Positions 52,860 to 59,655 of a stretch of 64,000 bases of DNA are shown here, piece after piece. Position 1 is the stretch's first letter. Every line of letters starts with the position of its first letter. Origin of the DNA: Phycisphaerae bacterium (GTDB taxonomy: Bacteria > Planctomycetota > Phycisphaerae > UBA1845). The stretch covers positions 4,754 through 68,753 of the forward strand of contig JAGVHG010000073.1 of NCBI GenBank assembly GCA_020056715.1. Reading direction: 5' to 3'. The notes beneath the pieces were generated by a model. It worked only from the letters and a program-made list of their open reading frames with translations, did no database searches and was not told the DNA's origin. The position numbers and the translations under genes were made by a program.

Positions 52860-54143
52860 GTGAACGACTGGGTGCTGTGGGTGGGGTTTGCGGGGCTGCT
52901 GGGCTTGACCTTGTTCTCCGTGCTGAACCTGTCCTTGCGGACGCCGTCGCGATCGCGCAATGCGGAGGAGTTCGATCGTCGAGGCCGGGGGCACCTTTTC
53001 GAAGGCTTCGTCGCTCGACGCCCGCAGTATCTCCTGGCGACTGCGGCGCTGCGCTCCGCGTCCGTGTTCGTCCTCTTCGTAACGGTGCTCTATCAATTCG
53101 AGTCGGGCGAAACGCGGAGCGGGTTCAATCGGATTATCGGCGCCTGCACGGTAGCGGGGACGCTGCTGTTGATCTTCGGCGTGGCGATTCCCTATGCTTG
53201 GGCCAAGTATTCGAGCGAAGGACTGGTGGTTTTCTTCTTGCCGTTGCTCGTAATGCTGCGGGTGGTGTTCTTGCCGGTAATCAAGTTTTTGGAGCTTTTC
53301 GATCCCGTCATTCGACGCCTTGCCGGCGTCCCGCTCCCCGACGCCAAATCCGCCGCCGATGAACTTGAGCAGGAAATCCTCGACGTGGTCAGCGAGGGAG
53401 AATTGCACGGGGCCGTCGACGAGGAAGAGAAGGAGATGATCGAGTCGGTCATCGAGCTGGGCGACACCCGCGTGGTGGAGATCATCACCCCGCGGACGGA
53501 GATCGTCGCTCTGCCCGTGGATGCCGATCTCGCCACCGTGCTGGAAGCGATCCGCAGCCAAGGCCATTCCCGCATCCCGGTGTACGAGGGGACCATCGAC
53601 ACCATCTTGGGTGTTTTGTACGCCAAGGACCTGCTCGGCCGCGCGGAGGACGCACCCTTTCAACTCAGCTCGCTCATGCGCAAGGCGTTGTTCATCCCGG
53701 AGTCGAAATTGGTGCGCGATCTTCTGCGGGAGCTTCAAAAGCAGAAGGTGCACATAGCCATCGTGTTGGACGAATACGGGGGCACCTCCGGCCTGGTGAC
53801 CATCGAGGACATCCTCGAAGAACTGGTCGGCGAAATCGGCGACGAATACGAGACGACCGCCCCGGCCACCTTCAAGCGAATCGACGAGACGACCTTCGAG
53901 GTGGACGCCGGGATGCGCATCTACGACCTCAACGACCAGCTCAACGTGATGCTGCCCGACGACCGCGACTACGAGACCCTCGGCGGTTTTGTGTTCAGTA
54001 CGATGGGGAAGATTCCCAAAGTCGGCGAACGCTGCCAGTTCAACAACATCGGGATACAAGTGTTGGCCGCGGAGCCGCAGCGCATCACACGCTTGCTGGT
54101 GAAGGTGGCGCCGACGGAAGAGCCTAAGGAAACCGCAACCTAA
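52860..54143 (+). CDS. CNNM/TlyC-family membrane protein (DUF21 + CBS pair + CorC_HlyC)
   Basis: N-terminal 4-TM DUF21, then VIELGDTRVVEIITPRTEIVAL..HSRIPVY..ILGVLYAKDLL (CBS pair), then C-terminal ETLGGFVFSTMGKIPKVGE (CorC_HlyC). The 536-aa antisense ORF is a shadow frame. Confidence 0.93.
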   Translation: MNDWVLWVGFAGLLGLTLFSVLNLSLRTPSRSRNAEEFDRRGRGHLFEGFVARRPQYLLATAALRSASVFVLFVTVLYQFESGETRSGFNRIIGACTVAGTLLLIFGVAIPYAWAKYSSEGLVVFFLPLLVMLRVVFLPVIKFLELFDPVIRRLAGVPLPDAKSAADELEQEILDVVSEGELHGAVDEEEKEMIESVIELGDTRVVEIITPRTEIVALPVDADLATVLEAIRSQGHSRIPVYEGTIDTILGVLYAKDLLGRAEDAPFQLSSLMRKALFIPESKLVRDLLRELQKQKVHIAIVLDEYGGTSGLVTIEDILEELVGEIGDEYETTAPATFKRIDETTFEVDAGMRIYDLNDQLNVMLPDDRDYETLGGFVFSTMGKIPKVGERCQFNNIGIQVLAAEPQRITRLLVKVAPTEEPKETAT

Positions 54144-54300
54144 GCGCCGGGGTTGGAGCCAAAACGAGTCGGGAGCGCGATCGAGCGGCGACAAGCGGGA
54201 GAAGCGTTCTTGCTTTGGTTTGTGAATCATGGCTGTCAAATGGCTTCGTTTTGCGAGTACAGTTTTTTTGCGAGTGTCAGCATATGGCACCCAACAAGAC

Positions 54301-54360
54301 AATTGACGAATGTCGATTGTCGAATGGAGGGAATTGCCAATTTCCAATTGCCGATTGATC
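54301..54360. repeat. eight consecutive AT-rich heptads ((g/c)aatNNc type)
   Basis: aattgac-gaatgtc-gattgtc-gaatgga ... gaattgc-caatttc-caattgc-cgattga. Related to the 7307-7393 arrays. Confidence 0.5.
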
Positions 54361-54685
54361 TGAGCCGCGCGGCGCGAGCCCGCGGACCCTTGATCCGAAC
54401 CGCTACCGCAGGCACTTGTTTGGGTTTCGGTGGCTTTCCGCCTGATGCTCATTTTCCGTAACCCCTTTGTCTACCGCGATTTATGGATTTCGCGGTGGGT
54501 TCGTTTCGTACGGGCGCTTTCGCTAGGCATTAAGGCAATAATGCACGAAGGGGAGAAAACGCAGAAACACAGAAACCATGAGTACTGACTCCTACTGGCG
54601 CGCGGAGCGGGTGTGGCTTTCATCTACACCTATAACTTGACGGGTGATCGGTAGGGACCGTGTGATCGGGCGATCACCGGGCGGC

Positions 54686-54720
54686 AATTACGAATTACGA
54701 GTTACGAGTTACGAATTACA
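54686..54720. repeat. 5 x 7-bp tandem repeat (A/G)(A/G)TTACG
   Basis: aattacg-aattacg-agttacg-agttacg-aattaca. Preceded by three copies of GTGATCGG, including an 8-bp inverted pair GGTGATCG/CGATCACC. Confidence 0.7.
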
Positions 54721-54823
54721 ACGAAGGTCAGTTACGGCGCGGTGGCGGCGGTGATCCGGTAGGGCATGTCATCGACATGCCTTCCTCATGGAACGCCGAA
54801 GACGCCGATAGGAGACGTACCGT

Positions 54824-54980
54824 GTGCCACTGCTGTGTCAGCAGTAGGCTTTGCATCGGGGAGGGACGCATTCGTCGGTTAGGAACGGGCTTCGGGTGAG
54901 CAGGCGAACCCACTGCTCGCAGAGCAGTGGCACACAAAATAAGGAGTCTGCGTGCAAGGGGTATCCAACAGTGCCACCCC
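54824..54980. repeat. REP-like composite of GTGCCACTG-type hairpins, copy B
   Basis: GTGCCACTGCTG-TGT-CAGCAGTAGG (54824-54848), CCCACTGCTCGCAGAGCAGTGGCACAC (54909-54935) and CAGTGCCACCCC (54969-54980), in the same order as copy A at 871-952. Confidence 0.6.
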
Positions 54981-55038
54981 GCCGAACGGCTCGGATGCTG
55001 GGGGTGAAGGTTTGCGTGAGAGTTGAATCTGCAGGAAT

Positions 55039-55076
55039 CACCCCTCACCCAACCTCTCCCCTCAAGGGTAGAGGGG
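55039..55076. repeat. inverted near-copy of the 7862-7897 element
   Basis: CACCCCTCACCCAACCTCTCCCCTCAAGGGTAGAGGGG compared with the reverse complement of 7862-7897, CACCCCTCACCCAGCCTCTCCCCTCAAGGGGAGAGG. Confidence 0.6.
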
Positions 55077-55088
55077 ATCAGATCGGGA

Positions 55089-55284
55089 GTTGAAGAGTTC
55101 AAGGGTTGAAGAGTTCAAGGGTTTGAAGGGTGACAAGGATTTGAAGCAGCTGGGTAGGCGAAAAACGTCAAAACGTCAAAACGCCGAAACGCCGAAACGT
55201 CAAAACGCCAAAACGCCAAAACGTCAAAACATCAAAACGTCGAAACGTCGAAACGTCGAAATAGAGGAGTTGCGGCTGGACCCC
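55089..55284. repeat. intergenic repeat module, copy 1 (GTTGAAGAGTTCAAGG x2 ... octamer array ... GCGGCTGGACCCC)
   Basis: Shares GTTGAAGAGTTCAA(A)GGGTTGAAGGGTGA..TTTGAAG..GGGTAGGCGAAAAACGTCAAAACGTCAAAA..CGAAATAGA(G/A)GAGT(T/C)GCGGCTGGACCCC with 55800-55907. Confidence 0.65.
55161..55263. repeat. tandem array of about 12-13 octamers (A/G)AAACG(T/C)C
   Basis: aaaacgtc aaaacgtc aaaacgcc gaaacgcc gaaacgtc aaaacgcc aaaacgcc aaaacgtc aaaacatc aaaacgtc gaaacgtc gaaacgtc gaaata. Shorter runs lie at 55699-55730 and 55856-55885. Confidence 0.8.
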
Positions 55285-55384
55285 ACTGTGTCCCCCCTCC
55301 GCCGCGGCGGATCTTCGACTTGGTAAGGGGGGAGGCTGGCCGCACAAGGACATCCTGTCGCGCCGGGATTTCCACGATCGGTCA

Positions 55385-55621
55385 TCAGCCGGTTCGCTTG
55401 GGTGCCGATTGTCCGTTGAGCACTTCCAAACTGGTGACGAGGAGTAAGTCTACGATCTCGGAAGTGTCGTCGGGTTTGTAGACGACGATGGTGCGCCCCG
55501 CCGGCGAGCGGGCGACGAAATCGGGGTGATGTACGTCTAGGCTTCGCCCGTCGGCCATGTGAATCCGATAGGGACTAAACGGCTGAGCGTGCTGCGTGGC
55601 CTGGAGTTGTTCGACGGTCAT
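55385..55621 (-). CDS. small conserved hypothetical protein (78 aa), paralogue of 57072..57311
   Basis: MTVEQLQATQHAQPFSPYRIHMADGRSLDVHHPDFVARSPAGRTIVVYKP.. shares QPF-x-P..DGR..V-x-HP-x-FVA..P-x-G..I-x-V...LVTSL..NG with the second copy. Confidence 0.6.
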   Translation of the reverse strand: MTVEQLQATQHAQPFSPYRIHMADGRSLDVHHPDFVARSPAGRTIVVYKPDDTSEIVDLLLVTSLEVLNGQSAPKRTG

Positions 55622-55799
55622 TTCAAGACTCCGTAAGTTGATCGTATGTCCAACGAGAGTTTACCACGGCGGCGGGGAGGGAACAAGGGCAACAAAGACG
55701 AAACGTCGAAACGTCAAAAAGTCGAAACGGGAGAGGCATGGAGCCATCCGCCGTTGGCGGACCTTGCTCCGGCACGGAGGGCGGGGTTGGGGTTGGAGG

Positions 55800-55907
55800 G
55801 TTGAAGAGTTCAAAGGGTTGAAGGGTGAGTATGGTTTGAAGTGGCGGGGTAGGCGAAAAACGTCAAAACGTCAAAAAGCCGAAATAGAAGAGTCGCGGCT
55901 GGACCCC
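55800..55907. repeat. intergenic repeat module, copy 2
   Basis: Same module as 55089-55284 in direct orientation, but with only about 3 octamers. Followed by the hairpin CCCCCCT-TGCCA-AGGGGGG. Confidence 0.65.
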
Positions 55908-55954
55908 CCTCAATCCCCCCTTGCCAAGGGGGGACGCAGGAGGGTCAGCGTTGG

Positions 55955-56935
55955 TCATGAAATCCGATCGGCGTAAGAGGCCAGTTCGTCCTCGAAAGAG
56001 CGCATTGTTAGGTCGAAGGTTCGCTCGGCGATGGTGTGGTCGCAGGTGCTGTCTTCTTGAGACATTGCCACTTGACCGGCGTCGAAGCGGAAAACGCGCA
56101 TCGACGGCATGATCGTCTCCGCCAAGGCCATGAACGGTTGGCCAAGGGTCGCGGTGAGCTTGGCAATGGCCACGTGCTGGGAAACGATGGGCTTCCAGTG
56201 TTTCGCGCCGGGCATCAGGGCGCGGCAGGCGTTGTACAGTTCCACCCACGAGTACGCCTTGGGACCGCCGAGGGGAAACACTTGGCCGATCGTCTCCGGG
56301 GCAACGAGCGAGCGCACGAAGCAGGCTGCGACGTCCTTGACGGACACCGGCTGCACTTTGGCCTGTCCGCTGCCGAAATACGGAATCACGGGCGGCACAA
56401 GGCCACACATGAAGCGCTTCATCAGTTGCATGAACTCGCCTTCCGCTCCGTGGATGAGGCTCGGTCGAAAGATCGTCCAATCCAACCCGCTACGGCGGAC
56501 GTATTCCTCCGCCGCCCATTTCGTGCGGTGATAGGCCGACACCGCGTCGGACCGCGCACCAAGGGCCGACATGTGCGCGTAGCGGCGGATGCCGGCTCGT
56601 TGCACGGCGTCGACGACGTTTACCGTCCCTCGTGTGTGGATCGCGGCGAACGTCTGCCCGCGCAGCGGTCGGGCGATGATGATCCCCACCAGATGAATGG
56701 CCGCCTGGCTCAACTCGGCGGCCTCACGCAAAGCTCCACGATCGTTGAGACTCCCCACGATGGGCGTGAATCGCTCGGGGTCCACGTCTCGATGTTGCGC
56801 GCGGAGCTTCTCCGCCGAGCGGACGAGACAGACAGGACGCAGGCCCTTGGCCAGCAACTCGCGCACGACGGAGCGACCCACGAACCCCGTCGCACCGGTC
56901 AGCATCACGTTTTGGATTGAGCTGGATTCTGCCAT
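55955..56935 (-). CDS. NAD(P)-binding SDR-family protein (NAD-dependent epimerase/dehydratase, NDUFA9/NmrA-like)
   Basis: N-terminal Rossmann motif VMLTGATGFVGRSVVRELLAKG..VCLVRS. 326 aa. The antisense 294-aa ORF is a shadow frame. Confidence 0.88.
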   Translation of the reverse strand: MAESSSIQNVMLTGATGFVGRSVVRELLAKGLRPVCLVRSAEKLRAQHRDVDPERFTPIVGSLNDRGALREAAELSQAAIHLVGIIIARPLRGQTFAAIHTRGTVNVVDAVQRAGIRRYAHMSALGARSDAVSAYHRTKWAAEEYVRRSGLDWTIFRPSLIHGAEGEFMQLMKRFMCGLVPPVIPYFGSGQAKVQPVSVKDVAACFVRSLVAPETIGQVFPLGGPKAYSWVELYNACRALMPGAKHWKPIVSQHVAIAKLTATLGQPFMALAETIMPSMRVFRFDAGQVAMSQEDSTCDHTIAERTFDLTMRSFEDELASYADRIS

Positions 56936-57071
56936 ATGTGCGGCTCCCGCCGCTGTTTCGACGAATCCGGTCGCTTCCGCTCCCGGCTCTGAATTCGGCG
57001 GAGCAGGATCGTAAGCCCCTTAAATGTCCGGGTAAAGACGTGGGCTTTCAAAAACCACGATCGGGCCGCGC

Positions 57072-57311
57072 TTATCGCCGCCGCCGCGTCTTGCCGTTGA
57101 CGTAGTCGAGCGACGTCACCAAGAAGGCATCAAGGACGCGATAATGCTCCCCGGGGCCGAAAACGATGAAAATCCTGTTGCCCTCCGGGGCGATCGCTAC
57201 AAATTTCGGGTGCTTCACGCGGAATGTCCGACCGTCCGTCAGGCAAATCGTAAACGGCTCAAACGGCTGTTTGCGAATGGCGTCTCTGAGCTGCGTGATG
57301 GTCAATTCCAA
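57072..57311 (-). CDS. small conserved hypothetical protein (79 aa), paralogue of 55385..55621
   Basis: MELTITQLRDAIRKQPFEPFTICLTDGRTFRVKHPKFVAIAPEGNRIFIVFGP..FLVTSLDYVNG. Lies 15 nt downstream of panD. Confidence 0.6.
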   Translation of the reverse strand: MELTITQLRDAIRKQPFEPFTICLTDGRTFRVKHPKFVAIAPEGNRIFIVFGPGEHYRVLDAFLVTSLDYVNGKTRRRR

Positions 57312-57326
57312 ATCCTCCAGGCGTCC

Positions 57327-57734
57327 TCAACCCTCCAGCATCGAAGCGATTTCCTCGGTGGTGGGGGCGGCGGGGATGCGGCGGATGGGTTCGTTGTGTT
57401 CGTCGAGACGCAGTACGCGGGGACGGTGCTTGCCTTCGCGGACAACGGCCTCATCCAGCCAGCAGAAGGACATGACGATGATACGGTCGCCGGCCGAGCC
57501 GAGTCGGGCGGCGGCTCCGTTAAGTACCATGCGACGCGAGCCGAACGGTTCGGGGATGGCGTATGTCTCCAGGCGACTGCCATTGTTGATGTTGGCGACG
57601 AGAATCTTCTCGAACGGATAGATTCCCACGGCCTCCATCAGTTCGATGTCGATGCCCAGGCTGCCTTCGTATTCCACGTCCGCTTGAGTGATGCAGGCCT
57701 GATGCAGCTTTGCCCGGAGTACTTCGATTTTCAT
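57327..57734 (-). CDS. panD: aspartate 1-decarboxylase proenzyme
   Basis: From ATG 57734: MKIEVLRAKLHQACITQADVEYEGSLGIDIELMEAVGIYPFEKILVANINNGSRLETY..LNGAAARLGSAGDRIIVMSF. Contains the G-S self-processing site and is collinear with PanD. Confidence 0.92.
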   Translation of the reverse strand: MKIEVLRAKLHQACITQADVEYEGSLGIDIELMEAVGIYPFEKILVANINNGSRLETYAIPEPFGSRRMVLNGAAARLGSAGDRIIVMSFCWLDEAVVREGKHRPRVLRLDEHNEPIRRIPAAPTTEEIASMLEG

Positions 57735-57849
57735 CGTCGGCAGCTTTCCAAAACGAGTAGGTTTCCGACTGTCTATCCTTGAACGGTCCTTCACGGACCC
57801 ACTCTTCGTTATTGTTGCGAGCCGATCTGCGAATGTCAAAAAATGACGC

Positions 57850-59655
57850 CTACGGTCTCGGTTTTAGGGCATCGCTACGGATGACGCCTTTACCTTGTTG
57901 AATGACGTAGAGCGACCCTGCGGCCAAGTTGGGGAATTCCGCTTGCGAACCATCAGGCCAGCGGATCGTCAGGCGAGTGATGCTCGTTGCCTGGCCCAAT
58001 CCGAAGGTTGGGGTCAACTCGGACTGACTCAGATACGAGCCGCCCGTCGTGACGTAGCGCGTTTGTGTCACGCTCCCTATTTCAGCGCGAAGCACTGCTC
58101 CAAGGGCGTTGGTATTCTTGCCCGATCCGATCAAGCGCACGCGGACTACGTTTGCGTCTTTCGAGCGCTCGTTGCGCAGCAATTTTGGCGGACCGCCGTT
58201 GGCCGTTAGCAGAACGTCGAGATCGCCATCGCCGTCGATATCGGCCGTGGCGACGGAACGTCCCACGATCTTGGACTCAAACGGCGCTCCGGCGCGATCC
58301 GTGACCTCGACGAATTGTCCGCTACGGTTGTTGAGAAACAGTTGCGGCCTCTGAGCGAACTCCCACGTCTTCCGAATGTGCTCGATCTCCGGCTCGATGT
58401 GCCCGTTGGCGAGGATCAAATCCTCGAAGCCGTCTAGGTTGATGTCCGCAAACAAGAGTCCGAAGGTCAGCGCGGCCTCGGTCGGCTTCGACAAGCGGCT
58501 CGCCCCGGCCCGATCGAGAAACGTCTCCATCCCCATTTGCGTGTAGAGTGAGACGGGTTCGCCGCTGAAGTTGCCGATGGCGATGGACTTCGACCCGCGG
58601 TTGTCGAGGTCGGCGACGCTCACGCCCATCCCCGCCCGAGCAAGCCCGTTTTCATCGTAGGCCACTCCCGCGCTGAGCGCCCGGTCGGTGAAGGTGCCGT
58701 CCTGATTGTTGATATACAAAAAGTTCGGCTGGGTGTCGTTGGTGATGACCAGATCGGGCCAACCGTCGTTGTTAAAGTCATCCGCAACGACGCCGAGGCT
58801 TTTCCCGTCGCGGTTGAAGACGCCGGCTTGTTTGGTCGCGTCGGTGAACTTCCCATCGCCCTCGTTGCGGAACAAAACGGAGGTCGATCCGTCGTAGGGC
58901 TGCGGCGTGGCGTAGGATTTCGTCTTCCCGTCCAGCGTCGCCCAAATGTCCGTCTGCGGCGTCCAGGCCACGTAGTTGCAGACGAACAGGTCCAGGTCCC
59001 CATCTCGATCGTGGTCGAGCCAAGTGGCACCTGTGGACCATTCCCAAGGCGATGCCGAGTCGTTGCACGCGCTAAATCCCACACCGGCCTCGTCGGTTAC
59101 GTCGACAAATTTCCCGCCGTCGTTTCGCAAGAGATGGTTCTTGCCGACGGCGGTGATGTATACGTCACTGTCACCGTCGCCGTCGTAGTCCGCGGCGGAA
59201 AAGCCCATTGCATAGCCCGAAACGATCGAGAGGTTCGACGCACCGGTGACGTCCTCGAACGTGCCGTTACGGCGATTGCGATAGAGCTTACTGGTCGGTG
59301 CCTGTCCCGGCTGTTCATGCCCGGGCCAATAACCGCTGTTCACCAGCAGGATGTCTGCCCAACCGTCGCCGTCATAATCAAAAAACCCACCACCGCCGCC
59401 CATCGTCTCCAGCATCCACTTCTCCCCGAACGCTCCGTTGACATGCGTGAAGCGGATACCCGCGGACGCGGTAATGTCGGTGAACGTCACGTCGGGTTCG
59501 TTCGATCCGCGCGGCGCGGTGTAGGTCGGCGGGGCGTCGGGTTGGATGTATTCGCTAACCGCTATCGGTGGTGGCGGTGATTCCTTCTTGCAGCCGCCGA
59601 TGCCGAAGAATGCGATGACGAGGCACGCTGCCAAGAACCCGCTTCGCCGTTTCAC
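57850..59655 (-). CDS. CRTAC1/ASPIC-UnbV family lipoprotein with FG-GAP (VCBS) repeats
   Basis: Lipobox FFGIGGC. Repeated D-x-D-G-D-G-x-x-D motifs (FFDYDGDGWADILL, DYDGDGDSDVYI, DHDRDGDLDLFV, FNNDGWPDLVI, DINLDGFEDLIL, DIDGDGDLDVLL). C-terminal UnbV_ASPIC-like GGSYLSQSEL..IRWPDGS. Confidence 0.88.
   Translation of the reverse strand: MKRRSGFLAACLVIAFFGIGGCKKESPPPPIAVSEYIQPDAPPTYTAPRGSNEPDVTFTDITASAGIRFTHVNGAFGEKWMLETMGGGGGFFDYDGDGWADILLVNSGYWPGHEQPGQAPTSKLYRNRRNGTFEDVTGASNLSIVSGYAMGFSAADYDGDGDSDVYITAVGKNHLLRNDGGKFVDVTDEAGVGFSACNDSASPWEWSTGATWLDHDRDGDLDLFVCNYVAWTPQTDIWATLDGKTKSYATPQPYDGSTSVLFRNEGDGKFTDATKQAGVFNRDGKSLGVVADDFNNDGWPDLVITNDTQPNFLYINNQDGTFTDRALSAGVAYDENGLARAGMGVSVADLDNRGSKSIAIGNFSGEPVSLYTQMGMETFLDRAGASRLSKPTEAALTFGLLFADINLDGFEDLILANGHIEPEIEHIRKTWEFAQRPQLFLNNRSGQFVEVTDRAGAPFESKIVGRSVATADIDGDGDLDVLLTANGGPPKLLRNERSKDANVVRVRLIGSGKNTNALGAVLRAEIGSVTQTRYVTTGGSYLSQSELTPTFGLGQATSITRLTIRWPDGSQAEFPNLAAGSLYVIQQGKGVIRSDALKPRP

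Noticed and set aside
52842-54452. 536-aa minus-strand ORF
   Set aside because: It is antisense to the clearly recognisable DUF21-CBS-CorC gene, and its translation is Arg/Gln/His/Asp-rich without motifs.
54153-54461. 102-aa ORF after the CBS-domain gene
   Set aside because: It spans AT-rich heptad repeats, has poor codon bias and no start context. It is most likely non-coding.
55161-55263. CRISPR array
   Set aside because: The units are 8 bp with no spacers, far below CRISPR repeat size, and there are no cas genes in the window. The same applies to the heptad arrays.
55090-55326. 78-aa ORF encoding KRQNAETPKRQNAKTPKRQNIKTSKRRN repeats
   Set aside because: The repeat peptide is a by-product of the 8-bp tandem array read with a 24-nt period. 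There is no SD or start context, and the other two octamer runs are not in any ORF.
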